From Octopus sinensis (Eukaryota), in NCBI RefSeq assembly GCF_006345805.1, contig NC_043013.1:310001-374000 (forward strand): DNA of 64,000 nucleotides, read 5' to 3'. Shown one piece after another: positions 1 through 10,725 of this stretch. Below the pieces are notes generated by a model, which was not told the DNA's origin, made no database searches, and saw only the letters and a list, made by a program, of their open reading frames with translations. Position numbers and translations under genes: made by a program. How positions within the stretch are numbered: position 1 is the stretch's first letter; every line of letters begins with the position of its first letter.

Positions 1-828
1 AGGTTGGGTCCCCACTTTTTTCCTCCCTGTTTTGTTTGCAAATAAGCTTTAATATTGCTGTCTTTGTATTTGTATGGGTCAGTGATATTTGTAGCATCAT
101 AAACTCACCACATCTCTATCTTGCATTACCACTCTAAAGTGCGTAACTTCAGGCTTTCAACTAACTTGTGCTCCACTTTTCGTAAAAAAGTTAACCTTAA
201 ATATTCTGATTCATGTTCTTCGACATATCCATTATTCCTTACACATGCTTCATAAATTACCTTTCACGTGGCCAAACTTATTTACAGCCTACCCCTACAT
301 CACTCTAGCTGTTGTTTTCACATTGCAAACACCCTCAGCACTAATCAATTCACTAAACTAACGAACACCTGGAGGGCCTTTCAAGGGTGTTCCCAAATTT
401 CTACAATCTCTCTCTGCATTCAAAATGATTTTGCCTAAGGACTCGAATGAGAACAATTCCATTACCACATTTATACAACAAAACCAAATAAATCAAATTT
501 GAATTATGCAAGAGAAGCAGCTCCAGAGTTGAATTTGTGTTTATAAAACATCCCTAACCCTTTTGTTACTGTTGAAGATACACCACATTTATTTCAATTA
601 TAGACATATTGTGTTAAAGGACACAATATACATCAGAGCTAAGCAATACAAAAATCACTCCAAAAGCAACGGCAATGTACCCCCCCCCCCCATCGCTGTG
701 GCTTGTCAATGTCATGTATCATTGAAAACCCAGAAGCTTTTTTTTTAAAGGAAAAATTCCCTTTTATAGGCATTTCCTTGACAGAAAACGATTCCATGTG
801 CAATGCAGCTCAGACTTAAAACTGTAGA

Positions 829-3465
829 CATCATCATCATCGTTTAGCGTTCTTTTTCCATGCTAGCATGGGTTGGACGGTTCAACTGGGGTCTGTGAAG
901 CCAGAAGGCTTCATCAGGCCTAGTCAGATCTGGCAGTGTTTCTACGGCTGGATGCCCTTCCTAACGCCAACCACTCCGCGAGTGTAGTGGGTGCTTTTTA
1001 CGTGCCACCCGCACAGGTGCCAGACAGAGCTGGCAAACGGCCACGAACAGATGGTGCTTTTTATGTGCCACCTGCACGGGGGCCAGGCGAGGCTGGCAAC
1101 GGATACGACGGATGGTGCTTTTTACGTGCCACCAGCACGAGGCCAGTCGGGGCGGCGCTGGCAACGGTCACGAACGGATGGTTCTCTTACATGCGTCCGG
1201 CACTGGTAACACATCTGCAATTTCCATTGATCGATTTCGATTCTGATCCTCACTTGCCTCAACAGGTCTTCACAAGTAGAGTTTTGTGTCCCAAGAAGGG
1301 AAGGTATGCATACGTAGGCTGGCTCCATCCCATGTAGAAGGCCACGGGTTATGGACTCACTTGTCCTGCCGGGTCTTCTCATGCACAGCACACTTCCAGA
1401 GGTCTCGGTCTCTAGTCATTTCCTCAGTGAGACCTAAAGTTCGAAGGTCGTGCTTCACCACCTCGTACCAGGTTTTCCTGGGTCTGCCTCTTCCGCAGGT
1501 TCCCTCAACCACTAGGGTGTGGCACTTTTTCACACAACTATCTTCATCCATTCTCGCCACATGACCATACCAGCACAAACGTCTCTCTTGCACACCACAA
1601 CTGATGCTTCTTAGGTCCAGCTTTTCTCTCAAGGTACTTACACTCTGCCGAGTATGAGTACTGACATTACACATCCATCGGAGCATACTGGCTTCATTTC
1701 TTGCAAGCTTACGCATATCCTCAGCAGTCACCGCCCATGTTTCACTGCCATGTAGCATGGCTGTTTGTACACATGCATCATACAGTCTGCCTTTTACTCT
1801 GAGCGAGAGGTCTTTTGTCACCAGCAGAGATAAGAGCTCTCTGAACTTTGCCCAAGCTATTCTTACTCTAGCAGTTACACTTTCAGCACACCCGCCCCCG
1901 CTGCTGACTTGGTCACCTAGGTAACGGAAACTATCAACTATTTCTAGTTTTTCTCCCTGGAAAGTGACGGAAGTTGGTCTCAGAGCATCTTCAGTCTTTA
2001 TTGAACCAGAGCATCTGCTACATACAAAAACTATCTTCCTAGTTAGCCTTCCTTTGACATTGCTGCACCTCTTATGTGTCCATAGCTTACACTTGGTGCA
2101 TCTTATAGAGTTTCTACCTACACCTTTTCTACAGATCGAGCAGGGCCATCTACCTGAAGGCGTTTGTGATTTGTCTACCTTCCTACTGATTACGACTTTG
2201 GTTTTAGCTAGGTTGACTCTAAGGCCCTTCAATTCTAATCCTTGTTTCCACACCTGAAAATTCTCCTCCAGTTCTGATAGTGACTCAGCAATTAGAGCAA
2301 GGTCATCAGCATAGAGGAGCTCCCAGGGGCATCCTGTCTTGAATTCCTCCGTTATTGCCTGGAGGACTATGATAAATAGGAGGGGGCTGAGGACTGAACC
2401 TTGGTGGATCCCTACCTCTACCCGGAATTCTTCACTGTACTCGTTGCCAACCCTCACCCTACTAGCAGCGTCCCTATACATGGCCCGCACAGCTCTCACT
2501 AACCATTCATCTATCCCTAGTTTCCTCATTGACCACCAGATAAGGGATCGGGGGACCCTGTCGAAGGCTTTCTCCATGCCAACAAAAGCCAGGTACAGGG
2601 ACTTATCTTTGGCTAGGTATTTCTCCTGCAGCTGCCTTACCAGGAATATAGCATCAGTGGTACTTTTCCCTGGCACAAACCCAAACTGCATCTCATCTAA
2701 ACTAACTCTCTCTCTAATTAGTTGGGCTATGACCCTCTCCGTAACCTTCATCACCTGATCCAACAGCTTGATACCTCTGTAGTTATTTGTATCTAGGGCG
2801 TCACCTTTACCTTTGTAGCAGTTGACTATTATGCTGCTACACCAGTCATTGGGTATGGCTCCTTTGTGTATCACCTGATTAACTATACGGGTGACTAGGC
2901 TATAGCCGACACTACCAGACATTTTGAGCATCTCTGCAGTGATTCCTGATGGGCCTGGGGCTTTCCCTGTCTTCATGCTTCTAATTGCCTTAACTACCAA
3001 GGAACTGTCAACTCGGATAGCTGGTCCCTCTGTTGGGTCAACATTCAGCAGACTCTCTTTATCCCATTCATTTTCTTTATTCAGCAACCTTTCATAGTGG
3101 CGTCTCCAAACCTCTCTCTTTGCATCCTCATTTAGTGCAAGTGAACCATCTTCCATGCGAACACACTTCTCTCCTACCACATCACGATTCTCTCTCACAC
3201 ATTGTTTTGCAACGCGAAACACCTCCAGTCTTTGGTCCTCACGACGCAGAACATTGGCAAATTTTTTCTTATTTGCTTCCCCTCTGGCTAAATAAACCTG
3301 TCTCCTAGCTTCTCTTTTGGCAGTCTGATACAATTCCCTGCTACCCCCATTTTTCCAGACCTTCCAAGCCAGTCTCTTTTCTCTAATAGCCCTGTCTACA
3401 ATATTGTTCCACCACCACGTTATTCTAGGTCGAGAGGGGACTTTGCACCAGCCACAGACGTTGGG
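829..3465 (-). mobile_element. 5'-truncated RTE-clade LINE (RT, PHD finger, 3' UTR, (GAT)n tail) in a CK2 alpha intron
   Basis: RT motifs NYRGIKLL, QFGF, HQGSVLSPLLF and YADD, plus the RTE C-terminus (ETW, RLCWYGHV, RGRPRKTW). The 3' UTR runs 829-1356 and ends in catcatcat on +. No endonuclease domain. I found no clear TSD. Confidence 0.93.
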
Positions 3466-3528
3466 CATTTTTTCCTTTCTACACAAATCTTCCACTGGTT
3501 TTGCTCTAATCAAACAATAGCTTTTCAT
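1357..3528 (-). pseudogene. RTE LINE reverse transcriptase ORF (723 aa open frame; element-derived part about 1357-3465), probably catalytically dead
   Basis: From the ORF track. YADD is intact at 2302-2313, but the first catalytic Asp of FVD(L)EKAFD reads FVGMEKAFD (GGC at 2580-2578). A C4HC3 finger lies at 2011-2142. Confidence 0.88.
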
Positions 3529-3638
3529 TTTGAAATATTAGACTTATCCTTTCTACACCAATGAAGGTCCCATCTTGAGATTATATTTAATGTACAAAGA
3601 AGACAAAAACAAGTTGAAAAAATTTGTATAAGACTAAC

Positions 3639-3722
3639 CTTTCTGTTTTCATGGTCAATCATAACATTATGGGGTTTAACATCTCTATGCATAATCCCCA
3701 TACTGTGGCAATAATCTAGAGC
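3639..3722 (-). CDS. CSNK2A1: CK2 alpha exon (84 bp): [28 protein letters not shown]
   Basis: Catalytic loop HRDVKPHN, diagnostic of CK2 alpha. Acceptor ttcttgtcttttaacag, donor gttagt. Confidence 0.98.
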
Positions 3723-3843
3723 CTGTTAAAAGACAAGAAATTAACTTAAACACTAATCACTAAATATTAAATAATAAAAATTAAACACTATAGAAACAAA
3801 AATATTGTGATGTTGCTAAAATATTTCAAACAAATAAACATAC

Positions 3844-3903
3844 CTTTAATAGTTCAAACATATAGAACCGGATGTCATAATCTGTGAAAGTTTGATATAA
3901 TAT
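3844..3903 (-). CDS. CSNK2A1: CK2 alpha exon (60 bp): ILYQTFTDYDIRFYMFELLK
   Basis: Matches the CK2 alpha helix D-E region. Acceptor tactttttcag, donor gtatgt. A 121-bp intron separates it from the next exon. Confidence 0.96.
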
Positions 3904-4499
3904 CTGAAAAAGTAATTTAAAAATAGTTATGTGGTTTAAAAATCAGTATAAATAGATCTTAGAAAAAAAACCCAGTTATTTAAAGTATTTATAGAAAAAA
4001 GCTAACATCAAAGCATGAATGTAGAAAGAGCAGGTTTAAATGGTTGGCTATTTTCAAGATTGTTTTAATTAGAAAAACTCAGAAAACTTCATAACACAAA
4101 ATTCTATCTTTATTGTACACAGCTTTCAATAACCTATTAAACAGTTAAATTGAAACCAACTTTTAACTCCAGCATAACAAGAATTGGCAAACTCCATGTT
4201 AATGTCCAGTTAAAATAAAATATGTTGGTAATCTGTGTAATAGTTTGTCAGTGCAGAATTAGGCTATTTACAAATAGTGCTATCTTAGGTGATGTTTTGG
4301 GTATTTTTACCTCAATTTTCCAACTATGAAAATGCTTAGAATATCTGATGATGTAGGACATGGCCTGGTCACCCTGACATAAGTCAGGTTGTACAGGAAG
4401 GTGTTGTATCTAATGATTAGTATGCCAGTATTATCATCAGTTGTTACAAGGATAAAGGAGATGCCTTAGAGAGGTTATTACAGGAGTATCAAATAGCTG

Positions 4500-5390
4500 G
4501 ACCATATTACAGAAGTTGTAATTAGGAAGAGAACTAGCCTAGTCGAGAGACAGTTTGGTTTGTGCCAGGGAGAAATACTACAGATGCCCTCTTCCTAGCA
4601 AGGGAACTGCAGGAATATTTATAAAAGTAATCCACTGTTCTTCATATTTGTTGACCTATAAGCTATGTGATCTAATGGTCACTGAAGAAGCCAGAAGACA
4701 ACAAATAGCATATGAGAGCCATCAAACCATGTATGTATAGAAGAGTTTAAAACCAGGTGTCCATAAGAACTCTTATATGCTGATGAACTTGTTCTTATAG
4801 TAGAATTTAGTAAAGAATTCCAGATGTAGTCTCAAATCAAAGGGCATCAAGTTAACTTAGCAAGAATTCCATACTCAGTGCCAAACTATGGACATACAAA
4901 AGGTGCAGTGGAATCACAGGCAGGTTGACACAGAAAGTAGACTTTGTATGCCTATGCACAAGAGCAATAAATGCTAGTAGCGTACAGGAAATGGATTGTC
5001 TCTAATCCTCAGGAGGATCCGTAGAGGTAGCAGATAGCTCCTGCTGTCTAATTGACCTAATAAGCAGTGGAGCAGGATGTTCCGAAAGAATAGTAAGAAG
5101 AAACTGGGGGAAGTTTAGAGAGCGGTTATCACTGTTGGTTTATCCCATGGAGTGAATGATACTTGAATACAAACAACAAATGCTACATGGCTCTTGAATG
5201 CAAAGGGCTTGTGATGACTAGAAAGACAAGAAGCAAGTATGCATCACTTGATATACAGTGCCAGTGTACATGAAGACGGCAGTACAAATAGGGTGTGAGG
5301 GGGGAAAAAAGAGCCCATATTGCATTGGTATGGACACGTGGTGCATGTGCATTAGGGCATGCTGTGTAAAGAAATGCCAATCAATGTAGA
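4500..5390 (+). mobile_element. Old degenerate RTE LINE fragment
   Basis: Decayed matches to the RT/C-terminal motifs of the 829-3465 element (STTDAIFL-like, ELLYADEL, GKFRE, LNAKG), with many stops and indels. Confidence 0.7.
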
Positions 5391-6650
5391 TTGAGCCTGT
5401 GGAAGGGGGAGATTTAGGAAGGATGTTCACCAGCTTTCACTCTCTCCCCATACTCTTACAAACCTTGCCCCACCCCCGCCACCCACTCTCTCTTCTATTC
5501 ACCTTGTATTTTGAGTGTACACTGACGTTTCATCACCATCATCTTTATCTCTCTTTCTACCTCTATCTGATTACTCTCACCCTTATAAAGTACAAGCTAG
5601 TCCTGTATCTCCTCTAAAGCAAGAAACCCATTCCTGCCCCTCAATCAATACCTAGCGTAACATGAACCCCGTCTCCAATATATACCCATTCAGTAGAAGA
5701 GACTTTTTAGTTTTATGAGTTACACGGTGAACTCATTAGTGTTGGTGCCACAGAAAAAACACCGAGTACAGCATTAAGTGGTTGGCATCACCATTTGGTG
5801 CTCAGAGTATTCCTCCAACTTCTTGGCTCCTGTTGACCAGTCAAACCCATGCTGGCAGGGGAGGACTGGGGTGTAGGGGAAAGGCACCACAACAGAACAT
5901 ACCTGGTATAGTTTGTTCATGACACAAAGGCATAAATTGTTTGCAAATGACAAAGATATGGCAAATTTGAAAAGATTCTGATAAAGATCAACAAGAATTC
6001 AATCAAATGTGGGACATGAATGTCAAGTGAAGATGAAAGATTCCTAAGTGGAAAATTATATGGGGGTGGAGGGCCTTGATCAGCTGGTGGTGATACAATA
6101 TTATTTGATTACCAATTCCAGATAACATTCCTGATCATTTGGTGCTTCTTTTTACTAGTTTTCAGTCATTTTTAAAGACAAGTGTGGAACTCAAGTACAA
6201 ACACTAATTGTCTCTCCAACACTCAGGGCTGGTAAAGCTAAGCAAAATTATATAACAGTATTACAAATGTGATTTCAAATAAATCAGATTGCCCTATGAT
6301 ATCAGGTTCTATTTTATTGGTTTCAGTTACTGGACTGTGGCCAAGCTGGGATACCACAATCAACCGTTCAGTCAATCATTAGTTACTTTTGAATAAAGTA
6401 TTCATTTTATCAGTTTCTGTCAAAACAAGTTAGAGGACAAAGATAAGTCACCATATTTGTATTTTTTTAACAGGTTTTATATATATATACACATATACAT
6501 AGGGGGAGAGAGAGAGAGAGAGTTAGAAAATAGTGATATAATGGATACAAATTCATTTATTAACATTCACCAACAATTGTTTCATTTCACAAACAAAATT
6601 GAAATTACAAAACATGTATAAATATATAATTTTGCATTTTAAATACCTTG

Positions 6651-6886
6651 TGCCGATGGCACGTAAAAAGCACCATCCGTCCGTAGCCGTTTGCCAGCTC
6701 CGGGTGGCACGTAAAAAGCACCCACTACACTCACGGAGTGGTTGGCGTTAGGAAGGGCATCCAGCCATAGAAACACTGCCAGATCAGACTGGGCCTGGTG
6801 CAGCCTTCTGGCTTCACAGACCCCAGTTCAACCGTCCAACCCATGCTAGCATGGAAAGCGGACGCTAAATGATGATGATGATGATG
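6651..6886 (+). mobile_element. RTE LINE 3' UTR/tail copy
   Basis: About 90% reverse complement (by eye) of 829-1012. Contains the ccatgctagcatgg palindrome and a (gat)n tail. Confidence 0.9.
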
Positions 6887-7359
6887 TATGGAAAATTACT
6901 GTACAAAGGGTGTATCTTGGATAGAAATATCCCTATAAAAGTTTAAATATCCTCACTGTGATTGATATATATATATACATATATATATGAGAGCCTATGA
7001 GAATTAATACAGTTTTTGAAATGTACAAGTGATTTTTTTTTTTTTTTAATGTTATAAAATCTATTATGAGGAGTTGGCAACCTTTTGGGGGAAGAAGTTT
7101 CGTTACCCACACAACCACCTGGTGCACATTTCCACCAAGCCAGTTTCATTCATAACTTATTGGATCAATATGATGCTCAAAGTGTCATGCAGTGGAATCA
7201 AAGTGACAGCTGTGAGGACTTCACCACACAGCTAGTCAATAAAATCAAAATTTGAAGAATTCTAAATTATCACATTTTTAAGTTGATAAGATAAAAAACA
7301 CAAACTAACAGGATTTACAGAAACCAAAGACATCAAAATATTCTATAAATTGGATTTAC

Positions 7360-7410
7360 CTTGAAGTCTGTGTTGTTCACATGTTCAAATACAAGAGCTG
7401 GTATTCTGGA
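7360..7410 (-). CDS. CSNK2A1: CK2 alpha exon (51 bp): SRIPALVFEHVNNTDFK
   Basis: Gatekeeper/hinge segment VFEHVNNTDFK. Acceptor ttttctatttatag, donor gtaaat. Confidence 0.97.
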
Positions 7411-8031
7411 CTATAAATAGAAAATAACAACATGGGGTCTATAAGGAAGCGGTTAAAAACAGGAAATTCTTTTCTAGGAATATGATTTACAATGTACACA
7501 ATATATATTTATTCAAACTGAGCTCCCCAAACAGAACACTAATTATCCATAGATCAAATGAAGATGTCCAACAAGTATTCGAGTTATTTCATCCATCTCT
7601 CTCTCTCTCTCTCAACTGACTTCAATCATTTGAGAGTGGCTGTGCCAGTGTCCCATCTTATGGGGTGGCACATTTCTGTCAAGCTCAGTACTTTTTGTAT
7701 GTGTGTGGGGGTCATTTATAAGCTATGCATCACAGCTCATGACAAAGAAGTATAACACAATGCCAGAAGATATTTTCCCCTATAGATATATATACAAAGT
7801 ATTTTAGTACTAATTGAATTGGTTTCAATCATTGAATTCAGGCCATGGTAGGTGAGAAGTAGCTGACCCTTCATCAACCAAGTGTTGGGGAGGGGAGAGG
7901 GGCTAGATTGTGGCGGATTCCCTCACAGTGTAGCATAGAGAGAGGTTGGAGGAGAACTGGCTAGAGAACTTGCCTGGAACTTTTAATCAAAGAGTTAACT
8001 TTGAGCAATTACTAAAAGGCCTTTGTCAAAT

Positions 8032-8511
8032 CATTTACATTTAACAGATATTTGTCCTCATCTTGCTTGTTGTTAACACATTTCAGCTGGTATACCCTCC
8101 AGCCTTCATAAGGTGTCTTGGGGAAATTTCAGACCTGGGTATCTTTCAATGTTATTATTATTATTATTATTATATTCAGGTCACTGCCTGGAATCGAACT
8201 TGGAATCTTGGGGATAGTAGCTTGCACTCTTAAACACAACGCCATGTTGCCCATGAGCAATTATGGAGTAAATTTTAGGGTTTATAAATCTAATATTCTC
8301 CTATCCTTCCTTAATACTGGTTCCCATATGTTATTCATATCTGCACTCGGTCTGCTTAGGAGGTTGTTGTGTCCTAGTATATGTGCTGCTGCTTTTAAGA
8401 TGTACTTTTTAATGTTTTCATCTTATTTACCAACAAACAAGATAAGAACAAATATCCGTCAAATTTAAATAATGTACATAATTCCTCATCTCTTAAATAT
8501 AGAACTGTAGT
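8032..8511 (-). mobile_element. Penelope-like element fragment with 5' inversion and 13-bp TSD
   Basis: TSD gcctttgtcaaat at 8019-8031 and 8512-8524. The minus strand encodes a GIY-YIG-like C-terminal end (AAAHILGHNNLLSRPSADMNNIWEPVLRK). About 8431-8464 is an inverted copy of 8039-8072. Decayed hammerhead core at 8075-8117. Confidence 0.7.
8178..8251 (-). promoter_or_regulatory. tRNA-like Pol III promoter module inside the Penelope-like insertion
   Basis: Minus strand tggcgttgtgtttaag (degenerate A box) followed by gttcgattcc (intact B box). Confidence 0.55.
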
Positions 8512-10047
8512 GCCTTTGTCAAATGTTCTAACATTTATACCAACTGTCCTTCCTTGTGTGAATTTATTGCACCTTGTAGCATTATTTTGAGCTATTTTAC
8601 CATTCATGCGTGCCTGTTCTATATGCTCTTGATGGCCAGCTCCTGTCAAACTGTCCAGTTCATGCCAGCATGGAAAATGGATGATGATGATCAATTGAAA
8701 ATCCACGAGACACAATTCTTCTTTACAATTCTAAAATTGGATCCAGTTGAATATTACGTAATAACTTATTTTATAATCATCATCATTTAACATCCATGTT
8801 CCAATGTTGGCTTGGGTTGGACAAAATAATTTTACATTTTTTTTTTAAACCTATCTTCTAGAAGTAACTGGAGTAATTTTTAAATGCAACTGTTTATAAT
8901 AAACCTTTTTGTTAAATCATGTCCCCAACACACAACCTTAAATTCTGATATACACACTAAGGTATTCAAGTAGGAAATATAGCAACAAAAGAGGTTAATT
9001 TAAATCAAGCAAAACTAGTTTACATCGCAGTTAATCAAATACTTAAGTGTAATCTATAAATAAAGATACAAAATATTTCTTTAGAGTAAACGTAATAAAA
9101 AATGACAAATACCTTCTAACCTAGCAGTAATTAGAAATGCAAAAACTGAACTACTGAGCATCTTATGTATAGACAACAGTCCCCAACCAGGATCCATACA
9201 ACATTTTAGGGACTGCTTCAATAAATAAATATGTCACTTAGGGAACAACACACACACACACACACACATTTAAATACCAGGCATAGCAAGGTCATCACAA
9301 ACCTTGTATTTCATGCTAATTTTCAACTGCATGAATATTTAATATTCACAAAAAATTATAATACAAACAAAGGAAAGAGCATTTAATAGTTTTCTTAGGC
9401 AAAGATATATTAGCAACAACCAAAGAGCAAAATTGCAACTAAACATGTCAAAGTTGCTAACCTGTTCATTCTGCTGTATTTTTATTCCAGTTAAGATTAT
9501 ATTTTTTAATGTCTTCATCTCATTTCATTTTTCCGTAAGGTGAGATAAATAGAAGCTACAAATTCAGTTCATATTAGGTAAAATTCAGACACAAAATCCA
9601 AAAGTATATGCAGATACATGCATGGACATGTGGTTAAGAAGCTCACTCAGCAACCATATGGTTTCAGGTTCAGCCCCAGCACACAACACCTTGGGCAAGC
9701 GTCTTCTATTGCTGAGTTGATGAATGCCTTGTAAGTAAATTTAGTAGGCAGAAACTGTGTAGAAGCCCATTGTGTGTGTCCACCCCACTTGATAACTCTT
9801 ATTGGTTTGTTTACATCTGTATAGCTTAGAGGTTTGGCAAGAGACCAAAAGAATAAAAACCCAGTTTAAAAAAAAACGGGGTCAATTCGTTTGACTAAAA
9901 TCTAATGATATTGGGTTGGTGCATAATTATTGTAGCTTTTTTTCAACAAAAGCAATAACATGTAACAAAAACATTTTTAAATGATTATTCCGGAGCATAT
10001 TCACCATCTACTTCAATTACTGCTTCCCATTTCCTTGGCAGACCATC

Positions 10048-10390
10048 ATTACCTCTGCCAAGGAAGGAGGCTATGTTTTCATCAGCGTTGGTTTGTCCGT
10101 CTGTGTGCAAAATAACTCAAAATGTTGGTAATGACACAAGGAACAGATGGTGAAATTTTGGTAGTGATCTGGGGAATTTTTATGGATTCTTGAAGGATTT
10201 TTTATTTGTTATATTTACTTTACATGAAGTATTACAATGTTATTGTTCTTTGATTATCTCCCTTGAACACACATTCATCGTTTCCACGTAACCTATGGTG
10301 GCATTGCTGTTTCCAAAGTTTATTTTCGTTTCTTTATTAGTAAGCTTACTCGCATATCTATCTTAAAATGAGCTGCTTGGCGGAGGTCTG
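10048..10390 (+). mobile_element. Helentron-type non-autonomous element (HINE/DINE-like), 3' end truncated
   Basis: Subterminal inverted repeats cct(c/t)(c/t)gccaa ... ttggcggagg and a gtttgtccgtctgt microsatellite, the typical HINE layout. Confidence 0.6.
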
Positions 10391-10593
10391 TGGAGGATGT
10401 CATGACACGCCTTGACTACTGGGATCAACTCAAAAGGTTCAGCTTTGCTCTCTCCACCGCCGCTGTGAGCTCCGTATCATCTGTATGATGTGGAAAATAT
10501 TCCATCAACATTGCCCATCTTTAAAATTCGTCCGAAGCTTGGATTCCTGTTTTTAAAGAGATTTTTTTTTTATCATATGGCTGTGTTATTTTT

Positions 10594-10725
10594 TTTTACC
10601 CCTGCCAAAGAGGTTATGTTTTTGCCAGCGTTGGTTTGGGAAATTGGGCAATTTTCAGCATGCATGTATATGGGTGGAAATGAGCTGCTTGGCAGAGGTC
10701 TGTGCTCTCCAAGCACTTTTCTAGT
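10594..10725 (+). mobile_element. Short HINE-like element
   Basis: ttacccctgccaaagaggttatgttttt ... ttggcagaggtctgtgctctccaagcactttt (subTIR followed by a 3' hairpin). Confidence 0.55.
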
